The position numbers and the translations under genes were made by a program. 25,229 nucleotides of DNA from a virus (taxonomy: Duplodnaviria; Caudoviricetes), in the IMG/VR virus record IMGVR_UViG_3300006103_000071, positions 1-25,229 of that record; one strand, written 5' to 3'. This document shows, piece by piece, positions 24,106-25,229 of the stretch. Below the pieces are notes generated by a model that saw only the letters and a program-made list of their open reading frames with translations, had not been told where the DNA came from and ran no database searches. How positions within the stretch are numbered: the first letter of the stretch is position 1; the number at the start of each line of letters is the position of its first letter.

Positions 24106-25229
24106 TAGTTATCTCCCACGCTAGCCTTAAGGTTGGCAGAAATAATACAAGCAAAAACTGGATCGGTAACAACAACTTCAAATATGCGATCTCTAGCGTA
24201 ACCCAATCTGCGCCAAATAATACGGTTTCTATATTTACCAACTTGACCAATATTTGACCAATATTCATTACTCCAAGTAGAACCGCCATCATTGGACCAT
24301 CTGAGCATAGCTTGTGGGTTTGCACCGACTGTTTCAGCATTTAAAGGCGGATTTACAATTCCTTCTAAACCAACACCAGGCTGAAATTGAATTTGTAATT
24401 CATCAAAGTATTGACGTTGCAAGTCTGCAACAAGATGGGGGCAACGACGCAATCTGCGAATTTCATCACCATTATCGGTGTAGTTATTAGGATCTACTTT
24501 ATAGATTTGACCATTTTGCCAATCGCCCACCAAAACGACACCTTGAAACAAAGCGGCGCAGTTAGAACGGTGGCGGTGATAAGTATTCGTATTATCTACC
24601 CATAACCATTTATGCCAAAGACCAGTTGCTATGTCATAAACCCAAGTTAAGTCTATGCTTGGAAAGGTAATAACATAGCACTCATGGCCTTCTAATTGAT
24701 AAGTATAAGCAATAGCATCGCTAACTGTTTGATTTACTAAGGTATTTTCTACAGCATGGGTTGAAATCCGTTTAGGAAAAACACCTTCCATTAAAACAAC
24801 TTCAGATTGGCCTCGATTGTTTCTAGCCAAATATGCAAACGAATTACCTAGCCGAGCTACAGAGAATTTAGCAGCGATACCATGCTGGCTAGATGAGCCA
24901 GGAATTCTTTGAAATGCAAAAGGGAAAGTTCCTGCATCAGACCAAACCTCAGAGGTTGTTTCGCCTAATAAATATATTTGCCCATGATCTGCAATTAAAG
25001 AAACAAGGTTATCAGGACCAGTAAATTTGGACGCATAAGATAAACCATAAGTAATAGGGCTTAGAAGGTTTGAGGCCGCATATTGTTGCGTTCCTGGGCG
25101 GTTATAAATAAAGTAGTTATCTACAATATCTACAACATCAGCACCAGCAAAAGCACCATCTGAGCTAGGCAATACGCTAAAGTTCAGCAAATACATAGTT
25201 TCAGAGCCAACAGTTTGACTGGTGCTAAT
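24105..25229 (-). CDS. packaged DNA stabilization / tail hub protein (P22 gp10-like), 5' truncated
   Basis: Frame open to window edge; RISTHAVE, YQLEGHECYVITFP, MLRWSNDGGSTWS, WRRLG motifs. Confidence 0.88.
   Translation of the reverse strand: MSTSQTVGSETMYLLNFSVLPSSDGAFAGADVVDIVDNYFIYNRPGTQQYAASNLLSPITYGLSYASKFTGPDNLVSLIADHGQIYLLGETTSEVWSDAGTFPFAFQRIPGSSSQHGIAAKFSVARLGNSFAYLARNNRGQSEVVLMEGVFPKRISTHAVENTLVNQTVSDAIAYTYQLEGHECYVITFPSIDLTWVYDIATGLWHKWLWVDNTNTYHRHRSNCAALFQGVVLVGDWQNGQIYKVDPNNYTDNGDEIRRLRRCPHLVADLQRQYFDELQIQFQPGVGLEGIVNPPLNAETVGANPQAMLRWSNDGGSTWSNEYWSNIGQVGKYRNRIIWRRLGYARDRIFEVVVTDPVFACIISANLKASVGDN

Noticed and set aside
24098-24605. Alternate-frame and antisense ORFs in gp10
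   Set aside because: Shadow ORFs of a conserved structural gene

Overview
The whole window is tailed-phage DNA with a P22-like podovirus morphogenesis module and a lambdoid-style early region. No host genes, tRNA, rRNA, CRISPR array, integrase or CI repressor were seen. From a divergent control region at about 13780-13940, the minus strand carries a Cro/YdaS-like regulator, a DUF1376/YdaU replication protein, a nin-like region with several nucleases, small late genes including a solo GroES, a ParB-methyltransferase, TerS, TerL, portal, an accessory gene, scaffold and major capsid. An inverted two-gene cassette (metallophosphoesterase plus HExxH peptidase) interrupts this arm. The plus strand carries a Sak3-type annealase, YqaJ exonuclease and SSB-like recombination module. 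The right third (minus strand) holds a gp10-like tail hub (truncated), a GNAT, three ejection proteins, a short tail fibre and a lysis cassette with nested spanins and a GH19 endolysin. The most notable observations are a 16-aa motif shared between the scaffold N-terminus and the adjacent orphan protein, a duplicated motif bracketing the transglycosylase domain of the largest ejection protein, the inverted enzyme cassette, a heptamer array inside the replication gene, and structured leaders. Family assignments come from motif recognition by eye, not database searches.
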